From NCBI GenBank assembly GCA_000004985.1, contig GG738854.1: DNA of 64,000 nt. The stretch is one strand, 5' to 3'. A model generated the notes under the pieces. It worked only from the letters and a program-made list of their open reading frames with translations. It did no database searches and was not told the DNA's origin. Position numbers and translations under genes: made by a program. Below are positions 12,582-23,528 of this stretch, in pieces. Within the stretch, counting starts at the first letter, position 1; every line of letters starts with the position of its first letter. Origin of the DNA: Naegleria gruberi. Taxonomy: Eukaryota.

Positions 12582-14015
12582 ATGTCTGACTCATCAACTA
12601 GTAATGATAATAGTAATAATAATAAATTAGAAATTGAATTTAAACAAGCACAAGACTTTATTCAAAATGCACCAGCAGAAAAAGAACCATCCAATGAACA
12701 AAAATTACAATTTTATGCTTTTTATAAACAAGCAACACAAGGACAAGTTAGTGGTATGTTATTATTATATTGTATTCTTGTAGTATTAATATTAATAATA
12801 ATAATTAAAATTTTATTCATTGATCATGATTATCATCAACTGTCATCACACACATATTAAAATATATTATTTAAAATATATTATTAAAATGATGATAAAA
12901 AGGAAAGAGACCAGGTGCATTTGATATTATTAATAGAGCAAAATATGATGCTTGGAAAAAACTTGGTTCTCTAACTAAAGAACAAGCAATGAAATCATAT
13001 ATTACTACTCTTGAACAATCTTCACCTAATTGGAGAAGTTATTTTACTACAAATAATACAAATACAAATAATAACAATTCAATTACAATTAATCCCTACA
13101 GTGGACCGTGGTGGTAATGATAATAATAATAATTCTAATAATACAACATCAACAACAACAACAATTGGTATTATAAATAATGTAAATGATGAAATCTTTA
13201 AAAAAGATTTATTACGTGGTAAAGTAATAATTGTAACAGGAGGAGGTAGTGGTATATGTTATGGTATAACACAATATTTACAATTATATGGAGCACATAC
13301 AGCTATAATATCACGTACATTTGATAAATTAGAAAAGGCTTCAAAAGAAATTATGAAAATAGCCAATAATAATACAATATGTTTACCTGTTTCAGCTGAT
13401 GTTAGAGATTATAAAGCATTATCTAATGCATTTGATAAAGTATTGGAAAGATTTGGTAGAATTGATGTATTAATTAATGGAAGTGCTGGTAATTTTCTAT
13501 GTCCTGCTTCACATTTAACACCAGGTGGATTTAAAACTGTGATGGAAATTGATACATTTGGAACATTTAATGCCTCTAAATTAGCCTATGATAAATATAT
13601 GAAATTGAATGGTGGTGGTAATATTATAAATCTATCCATGACATTACATAATACTGCAACTATAATGCAAGTACATGCAGGATGTGCTAAATCTGCCATT
13701 GATACAATGACTAAACATTTAGCAGTTGAATGGGGATTAGATCAAGTACGTGTTAATTCAATTCAAATTGGTCCTATTGAAGGTACTGAAGGATTTTCAA
13801 GATTACTTCCACAAGATGAATTGAAAAGATATAAGGAAATGATACCACTTCAAAGATTTGGTCTACCAATTGATATTGCTAGAATGGTACTATTTTTAAT
13901 ATCAGATGCTGCCTCTTATGTTACTGGTGCTATTATACCTGTTGAAGGTGCTTCACAATTTACTACAAGTAATATTCATGGTTATCCAAATGCTTTGAAA
14001 ATGTCTAAATTGTAA
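12582..14015 (+). CDS. ACBP-domain protein fused to peroxisomal 2,4-dienoyl-CoA reductase (SDR family) with a C-terminal SKL PTS1. Proposed exons 12582..12753, 12903..13037, 13102..14015.
   Basis: Exon 1-2 carry the ACBP signature (FKQAQDFIQNAPAEKEPSNEQKLQFYAFYKQATQGQVSG|KRPGAFDIINRAKYDAWKKLG...AMKSYI) across a GTATGT...AG intron (12754..12902, phase 1). The downstream frame-0 ORF (…DEIFKKDLLRGKVIIVTGGGSGIC…GNFLCPA…VHAGCAKSAIDTMTKHLAVEWG…YVTGAIIPVEGA…SKL) aligns with DECR2-type reductases throughout. It has no in-frame ATG before the Rossmann motif, so it needs an upstream exon. A phase-1 splice (donor GTTATT at 13038, acceptor ccctacag at 13101) creates ...SPNWR-M-DRGGND... in frame. The second donor is non-consensus, so the fusion itself is less certain than the two domains. 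Confidence 0.6.
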
Positions 14016-14188
14016 ATTATTATTAAATAAATTATATAAATTATATGATTATCATTAAATATATAAATTATAATCATGATGTTTGGTAACATGAATAAAT
14101 TGAATTTTTGAAAAAAAAATAACAACACTTCATCACTACTTAAGATTTTCATCATCAAACATTTCATCAACATTATATTTCTATCGGA

Positions 14189-15078
14189 NNNNNNNNNNNN
14201 NNNNNNNNNNNNNNNNNNNNNNNNNNNNNNNNNNNNNNNNNNNNNNNNNNNNNNNNNNNNNNNNNNNNNNNNNNNNNNNNNNNNNNNNNNNNNNNNNNNN
14301 NNNNNNNNNNNNNNNNNNNNNNNNNNNNNNNNNNNNNNNNNNNNNNNNNNNNNNNNNNNNNNNNNNNNNNNNNNNNNNNNNNNNNNNNNNNNNNNNNNNN
14401 NNNNNNNNNNNNNNNNNNNNNNNNNNNNNNNNNNNNNNNNNNNNNNNNNNNNNNNNNNNNNNNNNNNNNNNNNNNNNNNNNNNNNNNNNNNNNNNNNNNN
14501 NNNNNNNNNNNNNNNNNNNNNNNNNNNNNNNNNNNNNNNNNNNNNNNNNNNNNNNNNNNNNNNNNNNNNNNNNNNNNNNNNNNNNNNNNNNNNNNNNNNN
14601 NNNNNNNNNNNNNNNNNNNNNNNNNNNNNNNNNNNNNNNNNNNNNNNNNNNNNNNNNNNNNNNNNNNNNNNNNNNNNNNNNNNNNNNNNNNNNNNNNNNN
14701 NNNNNNNNNNNNNNNNNNNNNNNNNNNNNNNNNNNNNNNNNNNNNNNNNNNNNNNNNNNNNNNNNNNNNNNNNNNNNNNNNNNNNNNNNNNNNNNNNNNN
14801 NNNNNNNNNNNNNNNNNNNNNNNNNNNNNNNNNNNNNNNNNNNNNNNNNNNNNNNNNNNNNNNNNNNNNNNNNNNNNNNNNNNNNNNNNNNNNNNNNNNN
14901 NNNNNNNNNNNNNNNNNNNNNNNNNNNNNNNNNNNNNNNNNNNNNNNNNNNNNNNNNNNNNNNNNNNNNNNNNNNNNNNNNNNNNNNNNNNNNNNNNNNN
15001 NNNNNNNNNNNNNNNNNNNNNNNNNNNNNNNNNNNNNNNNNNNNNNNNNNNNNNNNNNNNNNNNNNNNNNNNNNNNNN
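14189..15078. other. Assembly gap (run of N)
   Basis: Uninterrupted n characters. The 13982..15094 minus 'ORF' in the track is an artefact of this gap. Confidence 0.99.
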
Positions 15079-15240
15079 TGGAAATATGAAACACAGAAAA
15101 AACTTGCTAAAAAACCAGCTCTTCCACTTTTATCTTATCAAACTGGAAAGAAAATTGAATGTACAAGATATGGAAATAATTCAATTTTTATTTCTTATGA
15201 AAATGAAAATTATATTGAAAAGATTGATATGAAAATTTAA
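15079..15240 (+). CDS. 3' terminal fragment of a plus-strand gene whose upstream part lies in the gap (…WKYETQKKLAKKPALPLLSYQTGKKIECTRYGNNSIFISYENENYIEKIDMKI*)
   Basis: The frame is open from the gap edge to TAA at 15238..15240. The sequence looks protein-like, but a second frame is also open in this AT-rich stretch. No family assignment is possible. Confidence 0.25.
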   Translation, partial: WKYETQKKLAKKPALPLLSYQTGKKIECTRYGNNSIFISYENENYIEKIDMKI

Positions 15241-15265
15241 TACATTAATATTATTTATTATTTTT

Positions 15266-17479
15266 TTATACAATTTCATCATATTTCTTATTCATCCATG
15301 GATGTTTTAATGCTTGTCGTACATCCAATCTATCTAGAGGATCAATTTGTAAACATTGTCTTATAAAATCTACAAATTCTTCATCTTGACAATTATCTAA
15401 TTTTTCTCGAATATCTTGATTATAATCTGGTATCAATAATTCCTCATAGACATTATCATTTGGTCCAATTTGACCAACTCCTGATGGTGGAATTGTTTTA
15501 CCTGTATCTTTATCTACATATCTAAATAATACATATTCAGTTCTTCCATTAATTTTAACCTTTTTGAAAAAGTCTTTAACAAATCTTCCTCTTTGTAATT
15601 GATGTAATTTGAATGGTCCACATAAAGATAATATCTTGGCTAACATTGTCTGTATCGAATGATTGTAAAACAATACTTTGCCTGTAAACAATTCAGCTAA
15701 AATACAACCAATAGACCAAATATCAATCTTTTCATCATAATCACTTCCAATGACAACTTCAGGTGCTCTATATGTTCTTGATTGAGCATATAATGGTAAA
15801 TTATCCCATTTGAAACATGATGAACCAAAATCAATAATCTTAACTTGACATCTACTATAGGATTTGATTAATATATTTTCAGGTTTCAAATCACAATGAA
15901 TCAAATTAAGTGAATGAACAAATTGTAATGCAGTTAATACTATTTGATGATAATATCATGATTGAATTATTAGATGTTAGATGATGACCAATGAAAAACA
16001 ACTTACATTGTTGAGTAACTTTTTGAAGTCTTGGAAGATTAAAATACAATTCATCACCACTATCTCTATTGTAAACATAAAATTCATACAAGTTATCTCT
16101 TAACAATTCACAAACAATGAACAGATGTTCCTTATAATAGAAAAAGTCATGTAACTTGATAACATGGAAAGCATCTGGATCACCCATACTATTAATAAAT
16201 CTTAGTAATTTGATTTCATCTAAACTTTGATCAAAGAAATCCTTATCATTCTTAATAATCTTAATGCAAACGTTTTGATTGGTTCTTAAATCCAAACATT
16301 GAATTGCTCTGCTAAAAGTTGCACTTCCTAGATATTCAACAACTTGATATCTTTCAGCAATAATTGAATCAACTTCAATTTTGAATTCATTTGTTTCTTC
16401 GAATCCAGTTTTAAATGTTTCTCTTATAATTGGAAGATAAATAGTTTCATATTCAACTGGTGGTCTCCATTTTGTTCTTCTATCTACAACTTCTGGTGCT
16501 TCTTCTTCAATATAAGATGGAACACAATTTTGTAAAACATCTGTTTGAGAAAAATCAGTTAATCTTGAATATCCTTCATCATCACTATCACTTGCATAAT
16601 CATCATCCTTGGCATCTTTATCTGGTTTTTCCTTCTTTGTTTCTGCTGATTTTGGTTTTTCTTTAGATTCCTTAGGGTATTTATGAGCTTCAACTTGTTG
16701 TTCAAGTTCTCTCAAATCATTTTCAACATTCTTTTCAAATGTTTCATATAAATCCTCCGAAGTGAAAGGATTTGATAGTTCTACTGGTTCATCACCACTT
16801 TCATACATGTGAGCAAATTCTTGTAATTCTTTCATCAATGAGGCACTATCTGGTCTTTCATATTCATCTTCCTCAAAAGATTGTTTTGAAGTTCTAGACT
16901 GTCCTGTAAGAACTCTCTTTGCACTATTTGTTGGAGTAATTCTATGATTGTAGTGTTTTGTATCTGGTACATGATGTTGATGGTTGTAGAAATCGGAAAC
17001 TACACTTTGTACAATATCATTAACAATTTCGCATATATCATTGTATTCAGATTCAGAAACAATATTATTTACGAGGGAATATGATTTTAAAGAGTGTTGA
17101 GGAGAAGTTTGAATAACCTCTGTTGGTTCTGCTGATGTTTCCATTGTTTTAACTGTTCAATAAAATTCCGTTAATGTATTTTCAATAACTATTAGGATCA
17201 TCAACAACACTTACTACTTGATTTTAATTCTTCCATCAATTTTTCAGCTGTTTGATTTAATTTGTTCTCCCTAAGGAAGTTCAAAAAGATACCTAACATT
17301 TCTTGTTCATCATTCAACTTCTTTTCATCTAAATCATATTGTTTTAGGAATGAACTATTTGAATCTTGTGTTGTATTTAAAATATCGTCCTCTTCATAGT
17401 CTTCATATTCAGAGTCTGAATCATCTGCATTATAAGGCTCTAATTGTTGTACCTCATTAAGTGCGCTGTTGGAATACAT
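15266..17479 (-). CDS. DYRK-family (CMGC) protein kinase. The kinase exons are 16007..17152 and 15266..15939, with a proposed 5' exon 17215..17479 encoding a LisH-like motif.
   Basis: The kinase domain is split by a 67-bp GTAAGT..AG intron (15940..16006, phase 1): ...YQVVEYLGSATFSRAIQC...VCIKIIKNDKDFFDQSLDEIKLL...LPRLQKVTQQ|LLTALQFVHSLNLIHCDLKPENILIK...IIDFGSSCF...YAQSRTYRAPEV. An ATG at 17142..17144 opens the long ORF. The upstream small ORF (ATG 17477..17479, …NDEQEMLGIFLNFLRENKLNQTAEKLMEELKSS) ends exactly at a GTAAGT donor (17214). A ttgaacag acceptor (17153/17154) sits 9 nt before the kinase ATG. Splicing at phase 1 joins it in frame (…ELKSS-I-KTMETSAEPTEV…). Confidence 0.75.
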
Positions 17480-17523
17480 TTTTTTTGATAAAATTATTTA
17501 GCAATATTTTTGTAGACTGAGAA

Positions 17524-17551
17524 TGGCGCCAAATTATTTACATTGGCGCCA
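17524..17551. promoter_or_regulatory. Pair of identical palindromic octamers TGGCGCCA (17524..17531 and 17544..17551) in the divergent promoter region
   Basis: Two perfect self-complementary GC-rich 8-mers 20 bp apart sit in an otherwise AT-rich intergenic region. The region lies between the minus-strand kinase gene start (17479) and the tRNA-His / plus-strand RBR gene. Confidence 0.4.
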
Positions 17552-17867
17552 AAATGTTATCTTTTGTTTTATAGTCTTACTCAATAAAATAAATTGGACT
17601 CTAAAAATACAAATTATGAGCTAATTGAACAAATCAGTCTTTCTTTGTTAGCCTTACTCAAACTACATATTGCCTCGACCGTAGTAATATCTCTTGGAAT
17701 TTTATAAAAAGAAACGCATACAGTTTGTCGTTGAATTGAGTAAACAACATGGCAAAAACACCAGAATTTAAAATCCTTAGAGATCTACTATTATGTCTAA
17801 TATTTAAAGATAAAGGCCTTTTGCTTGGAGCGCGTTCTAATTTTTCGTGTAACATAACAAACAACAA

Positions 17868-17938
17868 AGGGAGATAGTTCAGTGGTAGAACATGGGATTG
17901 TGGTTCCTAAGATCAGGGTTCGATTCCCTGTCTTCCTA
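17868..17938 (+). tRNA. tRNA-His (anticodon GTG)
   Basis: The cloverleaf folds by eye. The acceptor stem is AGGGAGA/TCTTCCT (one G-T pair). The D arm is GTTC-AGTGGTA-GAAC. The anticodon stem is TGGGA/TCCTA with loop TTGTGGT. The T arm is CAGGG-TTCGATT-CCCTG, and the discriminator is A. It is followed by T-rich tracts (Pol III termination). G-1 is not encoded, as is usual for eukaryotic tRNA-His. Confidence 0.85.
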
Positions 17939-18022
17939 CTCATTTTTATTTTAGATTTTTCAACAATTTTATTTCAGAAATGCAACTTCAATATTTGTTG
18001 ATCTAATAATATTACAGAAAAA

Positions 18023-20106
18023 ATGTCACAACTATTAGAAAACCTCAAAGATTTATTTCCCTCCATTGACATTGAAGTAATAGAATCAGTTATTGATCAA
18101 GTTGATAATGATGAAGAGGCTGCCATTGAATTACTAGTACAAATTAATGAAGATGATGAAGATCTTGATGAAATTAACAATGTTCCGAACAATACTTTTA
18201 ATGACAAAACTAATGATGATATCAATAATGATGATGATTTATTAGAACAAGAAACTTTTGATGATCATGAATTTTCCAATCAAGTATCATCATCGTCTAC
18301 AAAAAACAAGCCTTCCTCCTCTACTACTACTACTACTTCCACTTCTAAAAGTAGTAGTAGTAAAAAATTATATCAAATACTTGATGAAGAAGGAATATTA
18401 AATGAAATTAATAATACAATGAATCAAGTTTTAAATATATTACAAATTAATAATAATAATAGTAATTTTAAATTAGAAATGATATTAAAAAACTATAAAT
18501 GGAATGTTGAAAATATTATTAGAGATTATGGTGATATTGGATTGGATGGTATTTTAAAAAAAATTGGTTTATTAAATAATTTAAATACTACTATAAATAG
18601 TAATAATAATAATAATAATAATATTACAACAACAACAATAACAACAATATGTGAATCATGTTATGAAGATAATATAGAATTAATTAAAAATATAAATTGT
18701 GAACATTCATTATGTGAATCATGTTGGAGAAATTATATAGAATCATCAATTTTACAAAATAATGGAACAAGTATTGAAAGTATTAAATGTCCATCCTATG
18801 AATGTAATTGTCTATTATTAGATGAATTTATTTTATCATTTATAACAAGTAAATATGAACATTTTCTATTAAAAAGTAAAATTAATTCATTCATGACAAA
18901 TTCACATCGAATGAAATGGTGTTCAAATAATTGTAAATTTGCAATTAAAAAGGAATGTGATGAAAATTTATATTATTGTAAATGTAAATGTGATAGAGAA
19001 TTTTGTTTTCATTGTGATCAAGATCCACATTATCCAGGTATGTTTATTTTTATTTTATTTTAATATATTTAAACTATTTAAACTATTTAAAATATTATTG
19101 TAAACTATTTAACATTACAATAACAACAATACAATAACATTACAATAACATTACAAAAATATAACAAAACATAATAATAGCAACATGTGAAATGATGAAA
19201 AGATTTATATCATTTACAAAAGAACATGAATCTAATTTAGAATATATTAAATCAACATGTCAACAATGTCCATCATGTAAAGTTTATGTTCATCGTATTA
19301 GTGGATGTGATAGTATGGTATGTGGATATTGTGGTACTAGATTTTGTTATATTTGTGGACAATCATCACATGGATATCAATCTATTTGTGTTGGACAATC
19401 TACTACTCTATTAGGAAGTAAAAAAGTTAGTGAATTTGATTTATATGTAGAAGAAGCACATGCTAGATTTAATTATAAATATAAATTATATACTAATTGG
19501 TTACAATCTCCAAATACACATTCTAATTTAATTTTTTATAATTTGGAAAATTCAGCACTTTTTGAATTTGGATATTTAAAAAATGATTTTAAAATATTTT
19601 ATTCTGCATTAAATTTAATAATTAGAACTAGAAGATTATTAAGATCATTATGTGTATTTGCATTTGTTTCATTTGGATTTGATAAATTATTAATGGAAAG
19701 TTTATTAAAAAATATTAAAAATACAAAAAAAAATAAGAAAAATAATAATACAAATATGGAACAAGATTTAACTTTATTAAAAACATTTGGATATTTATTT
19801 GATATGAATTATGAAAGATTGGAAAAATTTGTTGATCAATTACTTTCCATTTTAAGAAATTTTACACAAACACCTCAAGAAGAATTAGAAGAACAAGAAG
19901 AATTAGAAAAATTAAATTCTACTAATAATGGAAATATTAAAAATTATAGTAACATGTTTGAATTTGGAAATTCTTTATTTACACAAGAAAAACATTTAAA
20001 ATTTCATAATTTAAATTCACAAATTAAAAATCAAATGGAATTAATTGTAAAACAAACTGAAAATATTATTGATATGATTAAATCAATGGAAATGAAAACT
20101 ATTTAA
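18023..20106 (+). CDS. RBR (RING-between-RING, Ariadne-type) E3 ubiquitin ligase with an N-terminal CUE/UBA-like motif. Exons 18023..19037 and 19181..20106.
   Basis: The N-terminus is LKDLFPSIDIEVIESVIDQVDNDEEAAIELLV (CUE-like). RING1 is CESCYED..CEHSLCESCW and the IBR is KCPSYECN…CSNNCKFAIKKECDE…CKCKCDREFCFHCD. An intron (GTATGT at 19038 to aatag at 19180, 143 bp, phase 1) is followed by RING2/Rcat (CQQCPSCKVYVHRISGCDSMVCGYCGTRFCYICGQ). A helical Ariadne-like C-terminal domain follows. Confidence 0.8.
19064..19180 (+). repeat. Short tandem/simple repeats inside the RBR gene intron (aaactattta x3; acaataacattac x2)
   Basis: The repeats are visible directly in the intron sequence. They are low-complexity AT-rich intronic repeats. 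Confidence 0.6.
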
Positions 20107-20155
20107 ATAAAATTTATTTTTTATATTTAATATTTATTACCATTTTTGGAAATAT

Positions 20156-21361
20156 TTAAATATTCTTTTTATTTTCTAAAATATCATTATTAATATCAAT
20201 GGTATTATTATTATTTATATTTTGATTATTTTGATTAATATTTTGATTTGTTTGTCTAATATCATCAAAATCAAGTTTTTTAAATAATTTTCTAAAAATA
20301 ATTTTACAAATTAAATAAAACCAAAATAAATGTAAAATTAATAAAATAATTAATAAAATATTTAAAATCCAATATGGACTTATACATACTCCATTTATAC
20401 ATATACCATAATTAGATAAATCTATAAATGAATTAATATTTGAAACATTTCTAATTAAATAATATCTAGTTAAATGATCCCATCCATATTTATTAAAAAT
20501 AGATTTAAAAATTAAATATGGAAAATAAATTAATCTTTTAAATAAATAACTAATTGCAAATAAAATAAATAATAAATTTGTAATTTTTTCATTTAAATTT
20601 AATAATTTAAATACTTTTGCAGAATAAAAGAAAATATCAACTAAATCATGTAATAATAAAATTAAAGTTCCAATTCTATGATAAAATGTTAAAATACAAC
20701 CAATAATTAAAAATATTGTAACAATGTGATGAATTACAAATTGATGAAAATCTTTCATTTTCTCATCTATAAATAGTAATGTAAATAATGCTTGAATATA
20801 GAAACCACATCCTATTAATAGATATTCTCTCATATATGGATATTCAAATCCTGTATGTTCATTTGGATATCCAATATTACAATAATCAGAATTAAATAAC
20901 CATGGTGTTTCCTTTAATATTAAAATTCCAAATATAGATGATAATATATAAAAAATACAAAACCAAATATTTTCTAATATACTACTATATTTAGTACTTT
21001 TAGAATATTTTTTAATTAATTTTAAAAATATTGGTTCAATTACAAATCTTCTCATACAAAATAATAAAATTGCAATTATTAATACATTTATAGTATCTTG
21101 CATGAACCAATTATTTTTCCTATTTTCAATTGGTTCATCACTTCCAAATATCATTGGAAATAAATGTGGTGGACCCATTGTTGTTCTTGTTGAATTTGGA
21201 AATATTCTATATTGAGAATAAATATGTGTATTATTAGTACCCATTAATCCAAACCATTTATCTATAACATGATAAAATGTGTTTGAAGTAGTACATGTTG
21301 TAGTAGTTGAAGTAGTAGTAGAAATGTTATCATTGTTTTTGTTTTTTTTAAAGATGTTCAT
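20156..21361 (-). CDS. TLC-domain protein, LAG1/LASS ceramide-synthase-like multipass membrane protein
   Basis: It is a single 401-aa ORF with ATG at 21359..21361. The Lag1p motif is present (…FVIHHIVTIFLIIGCILTFYHRIGTLILLLHDLVDIFFYSAKVFK…). There are multiple hydrophobic helices and a low-complexity N-rich C-terminus. Confidence 0.65.
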   Translation of the reverse strand: MNIFKKNKNNDNISTTTSTTTTCTTSNTFYHVIDKWFGLMGTNNTHIYSQYRIFPNSTRTTMGPPHLFPMIFGSDEPIENRKNNWFMQDTINVLIIAILLFCMRRFVIEPIFLKLIKKYSKSTKYSSILENIWFCIFYILSSIFGILILKETPWLFNSDYCNIGYPNEHTGFEYPYMREYLLIGCGFYIQALFTLLFIDEKMKDFHQFVIHHIVTIFLIIGCILTFYHRIGTLILLLHDLVDIFFYSAKVFKLLNLNEKITNLLFILFAISYLFKRLIYFPYLIFKSIFNKYGWDHLTRYYLIRNVSNINSFIDLSNYGICINGVCISPYWILNILLIILLILHLFWFYLICKIIFRKLFKKLDFDDIRQTNQNINQNNQNINNNNTIDINNDILENKKNI

Positions 21362-21664
21362 TGTTGGTAGTTGAACTGTGTGCTAATGGTTGCGTGTGAA
21401 AATAATAGTGCAGCGTTGAAAAAGTTTACAATAAAATTGACCGTTGAAATTGGATTGGTGCATTGGATGTCCTGAGGACTTGAACCAAATCAACAGATTC
21501 CAAGTACTGAACATGTGTGTTTTAAATTGCAACATGCATGCAACAACATCATCCAACAACACAATCAATGTGGACCCAGTAAACAACTCCCTCTTGACAA
21601 AATGAGCGGGAACTTTTATTGTTTATTTCATGTAATATTTTAACAAACAATCAATCTTGATTTG

Positions 21665-22393
21665 TCATTGACTCATAATTGAGTCCTGTAATCCATCTAA
21701 TGTTAATTTCCATTCATTTCGTACACCTTCTGTTTCAGTGGGTCCCAACAAGTCAAGCATTGTCTGATAGCATTTGGCAAGGCAAGAGTTGTGGAAAATA
21801 CTAAGAGATTGGTCTCCACCTACTCTATATTTGGCATAGCTAAAAAGTGATATTGTAGTTTCCAAAGCTCCTTTTACCAATTCTAAATTCTTTTCGAAAG
21901 AAGACACAACAAATAGACAACATTCCACAAACTCTGACATTGGAAACTGAATTTGGGTTAGATTTGTTTCATCAAAACAAATTGTCAACTTGAAATTAGC
22001 GTTAAATTCCTTTACAAGTGTGAATGTCTTTTCAAACATATTAAATGCTTGAAACATTAGATTGTTAAAATGATCTTCGCTGCACAAGTCAGTTGGTGTT
22101 GGGTAAAGAGCATGAGTATCAGAAATTAAAGTGTAGAGAAGACATGCTGTATGAATGAGCTCTCGATAGTTGGTAGTGGTGGTTGGTGTGTTTTGTTCGA
22201 ATTGTTGTTGGAAATACAGATTGCAACGGAGTGAAGCTAAATGAAACAAGTGTATAATTTTTTCTTTGTGTTTATTCCTTTCTTGTATCAAGGACAATAC
22301 ACAATAAACATCAAGGCTTGGCGGTGAATTGGACAATAATTCTTCATCATCATCAGCTTCAAAGTAAAGCAGCTTAGTTCCATTGTGAGACAT
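21665..22393 (-). CDS. Hypothetical protein (242 aa), no family recognised
   Basis: It is a clean ATG-initiated ORF (MSHNGTKLLYFEADDDEELL…). Its composition is less AT-biased than its neighbours. Confidence 0.5.
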   Translation of the reverse strand: MSHNGTKLLYFEADDDEELLSNSPPSLDVYCVLSLIQERNKHKEKIIHLFHLASLRCNLYFQQQFEQNTPTTTTNYRELIHTACLLYTLISDTHALYPTPTDLCSEDHFNNLMFQAFNMFEKTFTLVKEFNANFKLTICFDETNLTQIQFPMSEFVECCLFVVSSFEKNLELVKGALETTISLFSYAKYRVGGDQSLSIFHNSCLAKCYQTMLDLLGPTETEGVRNEWKLTLDGLQDSIMSQ

Positions 22394-23528
22394 TTTTTTA
22401 AGAAAAGTTTTTTAACTTGCTCTAAATCGAATGGTTTGCAACCCCTTAAACTATTGAGGTTGAATTGTCCCTTATTGTTTTTTTAATAAGAAAACAATAG
22501 AGAGGAATCTGTATAATCCGAAATTGAACTATTCTCGAAAATTATCAGCAGTTGAGATTTAAAAAGCATCCATTAATCTTTCTTTTTGACATCAGATATA
22601 ATTAAACCCTTAATAGACGAACATTTCATAAAGATTAAAATCATAAAGTATATCACTCATAAATTGAAGTAAGTATTCGCTTTCTATTCCAATACTTTGA
22701 CAGTATTTCCCTCCAAATGTTGCTCATGAACACACTCAAATTTAACTGAAATTACTGAATAATTGGAAGAATCAATAAACAGTCTATATCTCTTACGTTG
22801 TTGATTCAGACCAGATAAGACGAGGATCCATTCTCAAATTAGGATGTTTATAATATTAGTTCCTTCCTTTCTTAGTGTCCAAGAACTCTATTTCAAATCA
22901 TAATGATTGAATTGGAAAAGTACTCTTTAAGAACTATCAGTTTTTAGTAGTGAACTTTTGAGTGTGATATATTTGGGCTACTGGAAAGTGATTCAACTGT
23001 GAAGTGCTTTTCAATTAATGGTATAAAAGAATGTGAAGAGTGATTTGTTACAATAAAAAGATCTTTGTAAAATAAAGAGATGATCATCAATAAAACTAGT
23101 GAGAGAACTTGAGCATTATTGACAAGGGTTGAAAGACATTCAATAAGAGCTACAGTTTACTTTAAGACTTTACTTACAAATTTAACAAATAAATAGGTTA
23201 CTATATTTGTACTTTAGGAATTCGCAATTTTCGATATCCATCTTATATACTTCCCATATTCATGTAATTTGAACTCAGGCAAGGACCCCGTATAAGAGCA
23301 CTAAATAGTATCCTTAAACGTTGAAATAATCCATCACTACTAGTCAACTTGACTTGTTTTTTAAATGCTTCGTACTTGGGCTTTTTAAAATCTCCTTAAA
23401 AAAAAGAAACAACATTTGGCTACTTACAAGCCTTTCAAAATTTCATTAGACATCAAACTACTTCTACGGAGGAGGAAAGAATTAATTGAAAATAGGATTC
23501 ATTGTAGTTTTAATTAAATTTAAATTGA

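Noticed and set aside
13982-15094. 370-aa minus-strand ORF made almost entirely of X
   Set aside because: It is a translation of the N-run assembly gap 14189..15078. It is not a gene.
16460-16666. Plus-strand 68-aa ORF inside the DYRK gene, and similar short antisense ORFs (23910..24104, 31860..32042, 32584..32799, 33544..33801, 34252..34614, 37646..38100, 41418..41651, 42353..42690, 44122..44937, 50226..50450, 51257..51490, 52529..52756, 53940..54197, 54480..54734, 55900..56178, 56675..57081, 57317..57583, 59032..59244, 59601..59900, 60834..61040, 62483..62668, 63164..63394)
   Set aside because: All lie antisense or out of frame within longer ORFs that have clear homology. They are hydrophobic or low-complexity and typical of AT-rich chance ORFs.
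17658-17867. 69-aa minus-strand ORF just upstream of tRNA-His
   Set aside because: It ends at a non-ATG start in the track, has no motif, and overlaps the tRNA 5' flank. It is probably intergenic.
21383-21586. 67-aa ORF and moderately GC-rich block between the TLC gene start and the upstream gene end
   Set aside because: No coding signature was found. I looked for C/D or H/ACA snoRNA boxes and found no convincing arrangement. It is treated as UTR/promoter.
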